Shown here: positions 1 to 13,700 of the stretch, one piece after another | Layout of the letters: each line of letters opens with the position of its first letter | How positions within the stretch are numbered: position 1 is the first letter of the stretch | Assembly: GCA_951406725.2 (NCBI GenBank) | Contig: OX597835.1 | Coordinates: 12,090,001 to 12,154,000, forward strand | Direction of reading: 5' to 3' | Length of the DNA stretch: 64,000 nt | DNA from: Octopus vulgaris | Lineage: Eukaryota | Notes under the pieces: model-generated | Database searches by the model: none | Told to the model about the DNA's origin: nothing | What the model saw: the letters and a program-made list of their open reading frames with translations, nothing else | Position numbers and translations under genes: made by a program

Positions 1-87
1 CGTGTGTGCGTGTGTGTGTGTGTGTGCGTGTGCGTGTGTGTGTGTGTGTATGTGTGTGTGTGTGTGTGTGTTTGTATGCATGTGCGT

Positions 88-141
<54 letters not shown>

Positions 142-154
142 GTGTGTGTGTGTG
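1..154. repeat. (TG)n microsatellite
   Basis: Direct reading; source of the poly-VC ORFs. Confidence 0.98.
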
Positions 155-1961
155 TTTCCATTCTAATTCCGTTTACCAATTCATTTGGTTTTAATTAATA
201 TTTTATGGTTGCATTTATTTATATTATTTATTTTTTACTATTTTATACTTCCCTTCTACTCTCTATAAACCTTATATTTTTAATTAAAAATTAATCTTCC
301 ACCATGTCTCACTCTTTCACTTTCTCTCTCTCTCTCTAATTCACTCTTACCTTCAGCATGCTTACTATATTAGCAATCGTACAAACTTCAAAGAAGTATT
401 ATATAATGAGATATACAACTTCTATATTCGCAGCTTGTTTGAGACCTCTTTTATTCCGAATTTCGAACCCCCACCATTGGATTTAGCGCGTTTCGGGTCT
501 AGTTAGCCATCCTTTTAAATGTAGCCATCCATTTATAATACCATATGTCTTTCTACATTGTGACGTATTGCTCAGGTTTCATAAACCACGTTTAAAACAC
601 ACCACCTAGCATAAGGGGTTCTTTTCAGGGGTGTTAACGGCGATGCAAGCATTGGGACCAATCCTGATATGCAAACAGAGATAGAAAAATTAGTTAATGG
701 CCCCGGGGTTTCTTCTGCTTTTTTCTAACAAAAGTTGCGATAACCTTAATGACATGGTTATTAATACAGCGGTAAGTTATGACTAAATGAATTTGCGAAC
801 ATCGATTCATATATGTTTAGTTTCGTTGTGAAATTAAGCACTTCAAAATAGTATCGTATTGGTCTGTGTCGTTTCAGTTTGCCAGTGCATAGGGTTCCCT
901 CGTTGCTGCTTCTCACACTGCTGATTCGATCGTCATTCCAAGCTGTCGTCAATGCAGTAGCTCTGTGTAAATGAGTTGCATCAGTAACAAGTTTTACTTT
1001 TATTTAATTGGTAACCTAGCTCAGCTGTTACCGTCAGATTAGGGTGCGACGAAGTGAGCAAATTCTGATGAATTTTAAAAACAACTATAAAATTGGATCG
1101 ATTTTATCCCAAACTACAGGTAGCCGCAATGGCTCTGATTTTAAAGGCGACTAAACACTTATGAGAAAAAAATCCTTGTTATTTGTTAATTATTAAAATT
1201 AATTGTGGAATCACATAAAAAAGACGACTTTCCTATTTCGCAATTTCGTCTACAATATAAGAGATGCAGTTTCCTCTCTCGGTTAAGCCAGTTCCAATAA
1301 AATTTCCCGATTCTTCTGTAAACATGTTATCTGTATGAATCACTCTGGATCATTCTGCACATCCGTTCCTCCTATTTCTGTCATTTCCTATTTTGTTCAA
1401 TCCTTGACAGATATCCATCCGTCTTGAAATCTCACTAAATTGACATTATTCAAACATACTTCAATATACAAGTATTTAAACTCGATAACATTTGCATTAC
1501 TTCTCTCTGACTAGTTTAAAAACAGAAATTTCAGTATATATAAGTAATGCCCCTTCTTATTTAATTAACTAATAAGAACGCATTTTAGTGTTTTAGTCAA
1601 CAAATAAATCTAAATTGTCCTTAGGATAAGTGCATTAAACTTTTTACTTAATGGCTCTCCTCAAAACAATTTGTAAAAGTTTTTAGAGTAAGTTCATTTG
1701 ATGTCAAATTCAGTTATTGTAAAGAGCAATATTTAAAAGAGAAATAACTATTTTTATCTCTAAATATTAAATAAAAACTACGATATTCGAGTTAGTAAGA
1801 ATTCCTGTAAAACTGTCAACGTCGAAGCTTTTAAGTATATGAGAATGAAACAGAATGAATTTACTAAGATACAAACATACGTGTATTCCTATGTATGTCG
1901 TGTTCAGAACATATTTCACTTGTGTGTGAGTTTTTGTGTCTGTGTGTGTTCGTGCGTATAT

Positions 1962-2064
<103 letters not shown>

Positions 2065-2191
2065 TGCATATAGATATATTTATACCGTACAGTTTGTTTT
2101 AATGTTGAGTGATAATAATAAGATTTACATTAAACCGAAGCATTGCTCAATATTTTGTGTAGAGTCCATATTATTAACAAGAATATTTTAT

Positions 2192-2241
2192 AGGCGCAGG
2201 AGTGGCTGTGTGGTAAGTAACTTGTTTACCAACCACATGGT
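2192..2241 (+). mobile_element. SINE family A, truncated 5' head
   Basis: aggcgcaggagtggctgtgtggtaag...ccaaccacatgg, matching the head of the full copies. Confidence 0.85.
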
Positions 2242-2470
2242 AAACATACATATATATATATATATATACACATACATAGATAGATACATACATACATATT
2301 TATTCAACCATTTATATATATATATGGATGGATAAGTATTTATATATATATGTATGTAAGTATAAATATAGATACATGTATATATAGTTGAATAAATAAA
2401 TATATATAGATAGATAGATAGATACATATATACATACATACATATACATATATATATATATGTATGTGTA

Positions 2471-2512
<42 letters not shown>

Positions 2513-3169
2513 TGTATGTATGTATGTATGTATGTATGTATGTATGTATGTTTAAACATATAAGATTGACTGTTTAGTGAAAAGTTCAATGCCACTTCAT
2601 GGCACGCTGGAAAAGTTGGTTGAATAAGTATATATCTACAAACATCTATAGGTATTAATATCAGGGTAATAAATATGTTTAGGAATTGTTACTACCTGTG
2701 GCCTAGCGTGTAAAAAAATTAGTCAATAGACTATATATTATTTATATAAATACAGTGTACATTTAAACACATAAGAGGTACTCTTCGTAGGATTCCTTTC
2801 GCGCTAGAGGTTGTTTTAGTTGCTGTTGTATGTTAGTCAAAGTATATATTAAAATTGAGAATTATGGAGATATTATTTGCGGTTATTTTATAGCAAAACA
2901 AGAAATTGGAAACTTCTTGCTATAATACGTGTTTACAAGAATAAATATACTTACGCAGGCATACACACACACGCATACGTACGCACGTACACACACATAT
3001 ACATATAATTTATATATGTATATTTATACATACATACATACATGCGTATATATAAACATATATATACACAATAAGGGTGGCTTGTTAGCAATTTTTCAAC
3101 CGGAGGGCAAAAATATATACGTCATTAAAGCGACTGGTGCTGAATGGCGCCTTCAGTCGCTATACACAT

Positions 3170-3422
<253 letters not shown>

Positions 3423-3609
3423 CACGTACGCAAGCATATGTAGTTTGGCATTATGCTTATACTAGTCACGCTCTTAATACAAATACTAAACAATCGTGAC
3501 CCGTGTTAAATGCTCTTCCCTTTCGATTTGTATGCATATTAGAGTTTACATACGCGATTGTGAGTGTTTGTATATTTATGCAAGTAAATACAGGCATAGA
3601 CACACACAC

Positions 3610-3640
<31 letters not shown>

Positions 3641-3641
<1 letters not shown>

Positions 3642-4037
3642 CTTTATATATAAAAGTGAGGTTGTGTGCTGTCTGTCTCCTACGATTTAGATTCCTAACT
3701 ACTCCCACATTTTGCGGTGCAGTTTAACCAAAACCGGGTATCTTATAGTCGTGATTCATATCGAGTCCTTCTGGGTATTAGCGCGCGTCTACGATGAGTC
3801 TACGATTTAAAAAAAATTACCATCAATTTTTCCCATTTTTAATGCATTTTTGGCATATATAAGGGAAGTAACTCTCTAAAAATTTATTATTAAATCTCAG
3901 AACGTAAAAAAGCTACAGTAACACCCCCCCCCTTTGTGGTTAGCCATATTGAGATGGTTATTATACTTTACATCTCTAAAAATGCTTATATAGTTATTTC
4001 CCTTACAAACCCGAGCAACGCCGGGCGATACTGCTAG
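3641..4037 (+). mobile_element. non-autonomous Helitron
   Basis: A|TC start (tctttatatataaaag), subterminal GC hairpin cccgagcaacgccggg, CTAG|T end, no TSD. The 5' part recurs at 32831 and the 3' part at 32443. Confidence 0.88.
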
Positions 4038-4075
4038 TATTTTATAAGAAAAAGATATAATCATAAAATGATTAT

Positions 4076-4480
4076 AGGCGCAGGAGTGGCTGTGTGGTAA
4101 GTAGCTTGTTTGCCAACCACATGGTTCCGGGTTCAGTCCCACTGCGTGGCACCTTGGGCAAGTGTCTTCTACTATAGCCTCGGGCTGACCAAAGCCTTCT
4201 GAGTGGATTTGGTAGACGGAAACTGAAAGAAGCCCGTCGTATATGTGTATATATATATATATATGTATGTGTGCGTGTATGTTTGTGTGTCTGTGTTCGT
4301 CCCCCTAGCATTGCTTGACAAGCGATGCTGGTGTGTTTACGTCCTCGTCACTTAGCGGTTCGACAAAAGAGATTGATAGAATAAGTACTGGGCTTACAAA
4401 GAATAAAGCCCGGGGTCGAGTTGCTCGATTAAAGGTGGTGCTCTAGCATGGCCGCAGTCAAATGATTGAAACAAGTGAAA
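4076..4480 (+). mobile_element. SINE family A (tRNA-derived head, CORE-like segment, internal TA/TG microsatellite)
   Basis: A-box-like tggctgtgtggt, B-box-like ggttcagtccc, CORE-like ccttgggcaagt, 3' ccagcatggccgcagtcaaatga. Many near-identical copies in the window. Confidence 0.92.
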
Positions 4481-4555
4481 AAAAATATCAGCGTCCTTGC
4501 GCATAAAATGACCGTATAGGTAATATCAATTTTTTTACGTATATAATTATAAAAT

Positions 4556-4813
4556 TATAATTATAGTTAAAGGCTACTGAAAATAACCAGCGCCTGCACA
4601 AGAAATAGATGTCAAATACCTACAATCCCCTCTCGAATTTGTTCTCTATATTCAACGCGAGAGAATGAGCAAGAAATATTTTCTTGCTCACTCCCTTACG
4701 TTCGTACCTGTCGTTGAATATAGAGAACAAATTCTCGAGGAGATTGAAGGTTTCTGACATCTATTTCTAGAGCAGGCGCTGGTTATTTTCAGTACCCTTT
4801 AACTATAATTATA
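4556..4813. mobile_element. fold-back/MITE-like imperfect palindrome (~260 bp)
   Basis: The left arm (about 4556-4657) is the reverse complement of 4712-4813. There is an inner palindrome tgagcaagaaatattttcttgctca, and the ends are TA-rich. Confidence 0.8.
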
Positions 4814-4821
4814 GATAGATA

Positions 4822-5255
4822 TGTTTCTTTATTAGCCACACAGGGCTGCACACAGACGAGACAAATTACAAGGTAGAGCTTTTCTTTTGGGGATAAAAAA
4901 TGGGGGTTTGGTTTTCGATCAAAAGGGATCGTAAAAGGAAAGAAAGAGGAAAGCAAAAAAAAAGAGGGGGGGGATAAAAATAAAAGGAAAAAGAAAAAAT
5001 CGATCAATAGGGATCGTTATCACAGAAATGTGAATATAAGTGTAAAGGGGAGGACAAGTGAGGTTTACCCGTGGAAAGAAAAGCCTACGGAATCCTCGGT
5101 CAATGAAGTCACATGTTATATTTTTTGTTTTACAAATAAGCAACTCTATTAATTTTTACGGTTCATAGGATCATAGTCAAGGCGGCTTCGTCATTCATAC
5201 GTGCCATCCTTGCTACATTCATCCATCTTTTTTTAAGACATTCACTAGACAAATC
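4822..5255 (-). mobile_element. 5'-truncated LINE 3' end (L1/Tx1-like) with 16-bp TSD
   Basis: The minus strand encodes [29 protein letters not shown], then a 3' UTR ending ...agccctgtgtggctAATAAAgaaaca. Direct repeat taattatagatagata at 4806-4821 and 5256-5271. The clade is inferred from this short C-terminus only. Confidence 0.7.
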
Positions 5256-5260
5256 TAATT

Positions 5261-5302
5261 ATAGATAGATAGATAGATAGACAGATAGATAGATAGATAG
5301 AC

Positions 5303-5389
<87 letters not shown>

Positions 5390-5390
5390 C

Positions 5391-5481
<91 letters not shown>
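5261..5481. repeat. (GATA)n microsatellite
   Basis: Direct reading; others at about 30.7k, 34.6k, 39.6k, 44.3k and 57.4k. Confidence 0.98.
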
Positions 5482-5482
<1 letters not shown>

Positions 5483-5798
5483 GTGTGTGTGTGCATGTAT
5501 GTATGTTTGTACATACATGGTTATCACATCTTCATGTTCTTACTTGAGATAAAGAGTAACGAAATATGTAGAAGTCCCTAATCCTGTGCCTGATGTTGCC
5601 ACTTTGTCCCTCAAGCTTTTGAGGAGTCATGGTTCGTATTTTTTATTCTATATATATTTAACTGTTTCGGTGACAATATTCCTCAGCCATTTTTCTTTGT
5701 GGCCCGAAAAATATTTCTAAATGACATTTATGAATACAAATATTTAATAGTATATACTAAACAAGCAGTGTTTTACTGAAGTTAATCCTTCGCCTGTT

Positions 5799-6058
5799 CG
5801 TGGAGGCGTGTGGATTAGTGGTTAGCTGTGTCAGACTCATGATCGTAAGATTCTGGTTTCGATTCCTGGACCGGGCGACGCGTTGTGTTCTTCAGGAAAA
5901 CCCTTCATTTCACGTTGCTCCAATCCATTCAACTGGCAAAAATGAGTAAACCTGCGAAGGACCTGCGTCCCATCCAGGTGGAGAATTTATACGCCATGAA
6001 AAACGATAAATCTGTCCTTATGAGTCGGTATGACTGGGAAGGAAACTTTACCTTTACT
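5799..6058 (+). mobile_element. SINE family D (tRNA head, central domain, V-SINE-like 3' part)
   Basis: Head gtggaggcgtgtggattagtggttag...tttcgattcc; 3' part cctgcgaaggacctgcgtcccatccagg...ccttatgag. Degenerate copies at about 6308-6580, 10497-10640 and 24490-24652 (-). Confidence 0.75.
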
Positions 6059-6889
6059 TGTCCAAAACATTTTCCTGTGTCTATGCGAAAAGTCCATGCT
6101 GGTTTTCACGCTTTAGCTTTCGTTTCATACGTCTGCAGAAATATAAAGCTAAGACCTAAGGTATTCTTGTTGTCTAAAAAACGTTGGGAATGTGTATCAG
6201 ATACGATGCAAGGACGACGAGGAAACCTATCTTGTGTATTACGTGTGGTAAGGACGAACAGAGGGTTATCAGCCTTCGTGATATTTTTTAAATATTAATT
6301 ATTAGAGTGAAGGCAAATGGTCGTGTAGTTCGGGCATTGTACTTACGCTCGTTAGATCTTTGTTTCGATTCCCGGACAGGGCGATGCGTTCTGTTCTAGA
6401 GCAATGCACATCATTTCACGTCACTCCAATTCACTCAGGTGCAAACGAGTTCCAGTATTTGCTGGAACGGTAATCCTGCGACGGATCGGAGTTCCAATCA
6501 GGGCGACGTGTATTAATCCCAATCACTTTTATGCCATTGAAACCGGGTTCCGGCCTTATGAGTCCTTGGGTTCATGAAAGACCCAAGTCCTATATAAGTA
6601 ATATCAGAATTATATAACGGTGTCAGACATACAAAAAGCATTTATTGAACTACTTTGAATTGAATAAATATACATTTATTGGTTGTTATATTATAAAACT
6701 TTCAGTTAGTTTTGTTCGGTAAAAACTCGCATCATTTTGTCTTTAACCAAAATTTTCAGTTTTGTTTGCCGGAAATATGTAAGCTAGATCTCTCACTTTT
6801 GTGAAACCCCCAAGCCTTAATATGCAATTAATATTTCGTTTTTCTTGCTTTGACTGTTTGCAATATTTTTTACTTTTACTCCCCAACCG

Positions 6890-7900
6890 TACAAGTTTCG
6901 AAAAGAACAAAGAACATACAGATTTAATGCCGAATGCGAAGTATCTTATTTTATGCCAATTTTAATGATGAATACATTTTTTTACTGAGTGGCGATATAA
7001 TCGTAGTATTGGTAAAAAATGTCGGGTGCCATTTCCAGTGTAATTTCATATTTTTCTATAACAGCCACCCACTTAAATCTGAAATAAAGTAGTAAAAGAA
7101 ACCAGCCAATATCAAGTCTATCTATCCAGCATTAGGTTTTAGCTAGAAACGTAGTAAAGTCTTAAAATAACAGGTATGCTGCCGTCGAAATTTCTCGTTT
7201 ACGGAGCTTACAAAAGAATTTAAAAAATAAATTTTCCTGAACGGCACAGTGTTGAAAAAAATGCTTCTGACTGTCAACGGTAGTTTACTTAATGTATTTT
7301 CTAACAAACGTGAGTATGTTTCAGCAATAGAAGACTTAGAATTGCCAGGCAATGTCATTACAAGAAGAATTGCATGCCAACTCCATTAAAGACTGACTTG
7401 GTACTTCATAAGTGGTTCTCACTGAACATTTATGTGCATATTAGACCCAACACACCTGAGAGTTGATGTACGGCTGTTATTTACTGACTTCGCTGTTAGA
7501 GAAAGGCTATTGAAAATATACCCTATGAAAGGGCGAACATCAACTGAGGAAATATATAACATGTTCAAGCTATATGCAATGTCAATAGATATATCTTTAT
7601 TTAAGCTCTCTACGTTCGTCGTTGATGGGACTTCATTAATAGTTGGTTGTGCCAAAGGACTGCAATAAAGATAAATCCATTCTGAACTTTTGTTTGGACA
7701 TGTCATAGAAATTGTTGTTTAAAATAATAAAATTCAATAACAGCGACACCATTACAACACTACTTTTCCAAAGTTGTACTGGAAAATACGGAAGATAAAT
7801 AACATGATCCTATCTTAGATACAGAAGTACAAAGACTCAGTAAAGGTAAAGGTTTTACAAAAATGTTGGTGTTTAATTGGAAAAGTAGAAAGCAACAGTT
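6890..7900 (+). pseudogene. degenerate hAT (Buster/Charlie, GTF2IRD2-like) transposase
   Basis: ORF 7432-7668 (ERLLKIYPMKGRTSTEEIY...KLSTFVVDGTSLIVGCAKGL) matches the hAT motif EELL..PLKGTT.GEDI...KLVS.TTDGAPAMVG..KGL. Frameshifted; a homologous copy lies at 46.1-46.8k. Confidence 0.75.
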
Positions 7901-7925
7901 GCATGTATGTATATATATATATATA

Positions 7926-8110
7926 TAGGGAGAGTTTACGAAAAAAAACAAAAGACGAAGACAGGTGGTGTACAAAACAAGCAGCTGTATTAGTATAACG
8001 CTCAGGAATAGAAAAAAGTCTTTTACGTTTCGAGCCTACGCTCTTCTACAGAAAGGGACACAGAAAAAACAAGGAGAGAAAAAAGTGTGTGTAGTGGCTA
8101 ACGATCTATG
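7926..8110 (-). mobile_element. Penelope-like terminal-repeat fragment with minimal hammerhead-like motif (8020-8055)
   Basis: Minus strand reads cttt-CTGTAGA-a-GAGC-gtag-GCTC-GAAAC-GTA-aaag. Homologous copy at 58245-58430; abuts (TA)n. Confidence 0.65.
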
Positions 8111-8479
8111 CTTGTACATATTGGCTTTAAATGGGGTCAATTCGTTCGAGTAAAATTCTCCAAGTATGGCCGCAGTCTCATGACTGAAACAAATACAAGG
8201 TAAAAGGGCGTGACATAAAGAAGAATTGAGTCTCGTATATTCTTTACCTCGGTAGTTCCTAAACATTTTCAGGCTGCTGCTCCCTTAGCACCCAGGCCAC
8301 ATTCTTAGCGACCCCTTCCCTCACCCCACTTTCTGCAGCAAATTCAAAACAACTGTATCTCACAAATATAACTTAAACCTAATTCACCTATTAATATTTT
8401 TTTTACATCTATCAACCCATTTTGGCCACCCCATTATCACCCCATTTTACTTCAACGCCTCCACCCCTGGATCTTTCTT

Positions 8480-8521
8480 CCGCCCCAAAGGGGGCAGTAC
8501 TACCCACTTTGAGAACCACTG
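8480..8521. mobile_element. hAT/Charlie-type terminal sequence
   Basis: ...cccactttgagaaccactg (reverse complement CAGTGGTTCTCAAA); a similar end occurs near 59670-59690. Confidence 0.55.
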
Positions 8522-8634
8522 CATTACATCATAATGTGTAATCTATAATTCGCTTACGCGCGTTTCAGATGATTTAGCGTTACGTAATAATATGATATGT
8601 TAATGCTGCACTTATATATGTATGTATAGATAGC

Positions 8635-9015
8635 GTGGAGGCGCAATGGCCCAGTGGTTAGGGCAGCGGACTCGCGGTCATAGGATCGCAGTTTCGATTC
8701 CCAGACCGGGCGTTGTGAGTGTTTATTGAGCGAAAACACCTAAAGCTCCACGAGGCTCCGGCAGGGGATGGTGGTGATCCCTGCTGTACTCTTTCACCAC
8801 AACTTTCTCTCACTCTTACTTCCTGTTTCTGTTGTACCTGTATTTCAAAGGGCCGGCCTTGTCACTCTCTGTGTCACGCTGAATATCCCCGAGAACTACG
8901 TTAAGGGTACACGTGTCTGTGGAGTGCTCAGCCACTTACACGTTAATTTCACGAGCAGGCTGTTCCGTTGATTCGGATCAACCGGAACCCTCATCGTCGT
9001 AACCGACGGAGTGCT
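8635..9015 (+). mobile_element. SINE family C (tRNA-Arg-like head)
   Basis: tggcccagtggttagggcagcggactcgcggtc...gtttcgattccc (A and B boxes). The 3' half recurs inverted at about 10332-10482. Confidence 0.85.
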
Positions 9016-10064
9016 CTCATGTATAGATAGATAGATAATGTGTATGAGAGAGGGAATAGAAGAGGGAGAGTAAGAGGAAGAGGGACAGGGACAGGAAGAG
9101 GGAGAGGGAGATTGTGCTAGTTATTTGTTACATACGAGGCGAAGGTTTGAACACACACCGCATAGAATCAGATAAAATTGCATACGGAGTCTATGTGTGT
9201 TTCACTCAACAATCATTAAGTCGAATGTGTTAAGTTCAAAGAGATCCTCTTTTCAGATTCAAGCTCGATTCCCTGCAGGAACTCTATTACGGTGATAACA
9301 CACTTCTGAAATAAATGAACATCGTAGTACTGATTGTCCTAATGCCGCCGCTTTCATTCTACTTTGAGTGATCTCTTATAAGTCAAAAAGTCATACAACT
9401 TTGTTTTATTCGTAGCACTAGAGCGTGTGTAAGATAATCGATCCTGCCTTCCACAAATGACTTATACCAATGTCTACAATTTACTAAATTAATATTGGTT
9501 GTCAGAAAGTATAAGGGTAGATACATTGTATCTCGATACAATGTGTCTAGATCTAGATGCGTTGTAATTCTATGTTATTCATGCGTGAACTAAGGAAAAG
9601 ATTTTATTTTATCTATATTTCACTTTTCATGTCGTTTTTTTTTTAATATTTCCTTTACATCCTTCAAGTTCGATTCATCTCCTTTTAAGCTGAGACTTCG
9701 TACATTTAACCATTTAACCATTTAACCATTGTATCTAGCAGTAGATACAACTTGAATCATGAGCGAGCGCGTCTTTAATTCCCTGTAATGATATTAGTAT
9801 AGTATCATGGTAGGAATCCTTCTAAAACTTTTAATTACAGAATGCCAATGGAAACTTGGCATTAATCGTTTGATTTTAGAAGAACGTCACACTGTGCTGC
9901 AAGCGAACGAAACAGTTTGGCAATGTTACTCCGTAATCGTAGCCTCTAACTCGGAAATACAAACTTGGAGCTAATTGACCTCGGGCGTTGGCAGTAAATA
10001 TATTAGCTGTTGGACATATTTCGACAAAACGTCACCGTGTGTATAATAAACAATATGTATGTGC

Positions 10065-10137
<73 letters not shown>

Positions 10138-10241
10138 TAATACACGCATTACATATATATGCATAGAGAAATACAATTTGATTGCTAACGATGGATTCAT
10201 TTTAATAACAGGCAACAATCTCGAAAGAAATCCGAGGTGTA

Positions 10242-10322
<81 letters not shown>

Positions 10323-10646
10323 TTAGTGGTTGGGCTCTCCATCGATTAAAACGACGAGTTTTCTAGTAGATCCGATCAACGGTACAGCTTCCTAGTGAAA
10401 TTAACTTAGAAATGGCTGAGCACCCCTACAGACATCTATTTATACCTTTAACGTAGTTCTCGGCGATATTCAGCGTGACACGCTAAATAGGACAAGGTAC
10501 GTGGCCTAGTGGTTAGTGTATGCGGCTCACGATCACAACGTCGTCCGTTCGATTCCCCATGGTACATTGTGTCCTTATGCAAGACACTTTAGTTCACATT
10601 ACTCCAGTCCATTCAGCTGCTAAAAGTGAGTTGTTTCTATAACATC

Positions 10647-10693
<47 letters not shown>

Positions 10694-10699
10694 CTATTG

Positions 10700-11030
10700 G
10701 GGTTGCTTGCATCTCTCCTGACACATGGGAGAGTATAGCTATTCATCGTAGCAGGTAGAGAAGGATTGTGCACGAGGGGACAGCCACTTTTGAGAAATCT
10801 CCTGTTGTGTATGAGAAAGTAAGGAGGGATGTCAGGAAGGGCATTGCTGTTGCACTTCTAGACGGTAAGGATCTTCCTTTGATGCTGACATGCAATGTCT
10901 GTGCAAGACCCTGCCTCAGTAAAGCTGAACTCAAGAGTCGTCTTCGTAGTCATAAAGCAAGACAGATGAGTGACAACCTGGTCACTGGTCACTAATCATA
11001 TCTGTCAGGCATGTGGAAGAGAGTGTAATT
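10700..11030 (+). pseudogene. RTE-clade LINE 3' fragment
   Basis: ISPDTWESIAIHRSR*RRIVHEGTATFE...LTCNVCARPCLSKAELKSRLRSH, the typical RTE C-terminus with a C2H2-like finger. Confidence 0.75.
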
Positions 11031-11234
11031 CGACAGGAGGACTTAAACGACATGCAAAGGTACATGAAGCCCAGTAACAACTACAGCCGGCTATTACCGA
11101 TAAAGGTTTTAGTTGCCAATTCTGCACAAGACATTGTAGATCTTTAGCTGGGCTAAAAAGTTACATTCGATCACAGCACCAATAACAGTTAAGCTTCGTG
11201 CAATGACCATACTCGATAACGAGGAGGCAGCCAT

Positions 11235-11299
<65 letters not shown>

Positions 11300-11307
<8 letters not shown>

Positions 11308-11614
11308 AAATTAGAGATAAAACCACTATTAGGCAAATCATACAATGAAAAACTTAAGCCAATACATAAGATTAATTAATTTATATTATTTAAATATATA
11401 TCAAAATTATTAAAAAAGATAATTAATATAACACTACGATCGTTTCATGGCTGTTCAATTCTTAAAATTTTCGAGTTACAGTCATTCTTCAGGTGGTTTA
11501 CATATCTAAAATATAATCAATATTTTTAAGATATAAATAATATATATAATATAATAATTTTACTTATAATAAACTTTATTATCAAATATGATTATATCCA
11601 AATCGACTATAATG

Positions 11615-11615
<1 letters not shown>
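11300..11615 (-). mobile_element. Penelope-like terminal-repeat fragment with hammerhead motif (11434-11496)
   Basis: Minus strand reads ccac-CTGAAGA-atgactgt...acagccat-GAAAC-gaTC-gtag. Embedded between (TA)n tracts. Confidence 0.6.
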
Positions 11616-11669
<54 letters not shown>

Positions 11670-11730
11670 GACAGACAGACATATTTATACATACACTCAC
11701 TCAAACACACACACATATGTATACATATAT

Positions 11731-11860
11731 ACGACGGGCTTCTTTCAGTTTCCGTCTACCAAATACACTTGCAAGGCTTTGGTGGGCCCGAGGCTATAGG
11801 AGAAGACACTTGCCCAAGGTTCCGCGGAGTGGGACTGAACTTGGTTCGTAAGTAAGCTAC
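11731..11860 (-). mobile_element. SINE family A, partial 5' half
   Basis: Reverse complement of the family A head/CORE region. Confidence 0.85.
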
Positions 11861-12080
11861 TTTATTTCATAAAATTTGTCATATAGACAGTACAAAGATT
11901 GAGTAGCTTTGCGGGCTGGACAAACACATTAATGAATGAAAATGAAATAAAACGAATAAATGAGAGACGAAACCCAACACTCGTCGATTGGATTTTTCTC
12001 GAAGACATATTTTCCTTTTTTTAAAAATCAATATGAGGTTTCAAACCTCTTACAAGAAGGAGGCACTAAAACCTCTTACT

Positions 12081-12161
<81 letters not shown>

Positions 12162-12218
12162 ATATACATGTATAGATACCTATATATATGTATATGTATA
12201 TATATGTGTATACATATG

Positions 12219-12280
<62 letters not shown>

Positions 12281-12334
12281 CATATATATATATGTATGTA
12301 TATATATATGTATATATATACATACATATATGTA

Positions 12335-12373
<39 letters not shown>

Positions 12374-12375
<2 letters not shown>

Positions 12376-12795
12376 TCTTTACTCTTTTACTTGTTTCAGT
12401 CATTTGACTGCGGCCATGCTGGAGCACCGCCTTTTAGTCGATCAAATCGACCCCGGGACTTATTCTTTGTAAGCCCAGTACTTATTCTATCGGTCTCTTT
12501 TTGCCGAACCGCTAAGTGACGGGGACGTAAACACATCGGCATCGGTTGTCAAGCGATGCTAGGGGGACAAACACAGACACACAAACACATACATATATAT
12601 ATATATACATATACATATATATACATATATACGACAGGCTTCTTTCAGTTTCCGTCTACACAAATCCACTGACAGGGCATTGGTCGGCCCGAGGCTATAG
12701 CAGAGGACACTTGCCCAAAGTGCCACGCAGTGGGACTGAACCCGGAACCATGTGGTTTGTAAGCAAACTACTTACCACACAGCCACTCCTGCGCC

Positions 12796-12796
<1 letters not shown>
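12374..12796 (-). mobile_element. SINE family A, full length
   Basis: Complete head, internal microsatellite and (GAGTAAAA)n tail. Confidence 0.93.
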
Positions 12797-12853
<57 letters not shown>

Positions 12854-13336
12854 TATATACATACATACATACATACATACATACATACATACACACATAG
12901 ACCTTTATATTTATACAAAGGTATATAAAATCAAACAAATATATAAACGTGTAGTGTTTGTGTGCATGTTTCAAGAAGTTATATTCACCAAAAAGTTAAA
13001 CGGAACAAGAACATCTGCTGTAGCTACGTATGACCATATTATGCCACGTGACCTGAAAAACACGACTTGCCTTCCGGTTCTGATTTATAGCAAAAGTTAA
13101 AGGTAAATGTAGCATGATCGATAAAATGGACTCCGCAAACAGAAAAATACAGTAAAATTAATAAAAATAGGTACATACGCTTGTTTGTATGTATGTATGT
13201 ATGTATGTATGTATGTATGTGTGCGCATGCGTACGGTCTTTTCACTTTTGCTACTAATGTCTTTATCTCTACAGTATGAGCTTCATTACCTTTTATGATA
13301 TATATATATATATGTGTGTGTGTATGTATATAAATG

Positions 13337-13377
<41 letters not shown>

Positions 13378-13494
13378 TGAGAGACAGACAGACAGAGATA
13401 CACAGAGAGAAAGAGAGACATATATACATACATACACATGTATATCTATATGTATGCCTGTATACATACACACACACACACAGATACACACACA

Positions 13495-13579
<85 letters not shown>

Positions 13580-13665
13580 CATTACCAGACAAACCATTAT
13601 TTAACTTGAGAGAGACAGACAGACAGATAGATAGATAGATAGATAGATGCGTGCGAGCATGCGCA

Positions 13666-13700
<35 letters not shown>

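Noticed and set aside
8635-8712. tRNA gene (also 62073-62150 and the SINE-A/B heads)
   Set aside because: No proper acceptor stem or terminator; the sequence continues into SINE bodies, so these are SINE heads.
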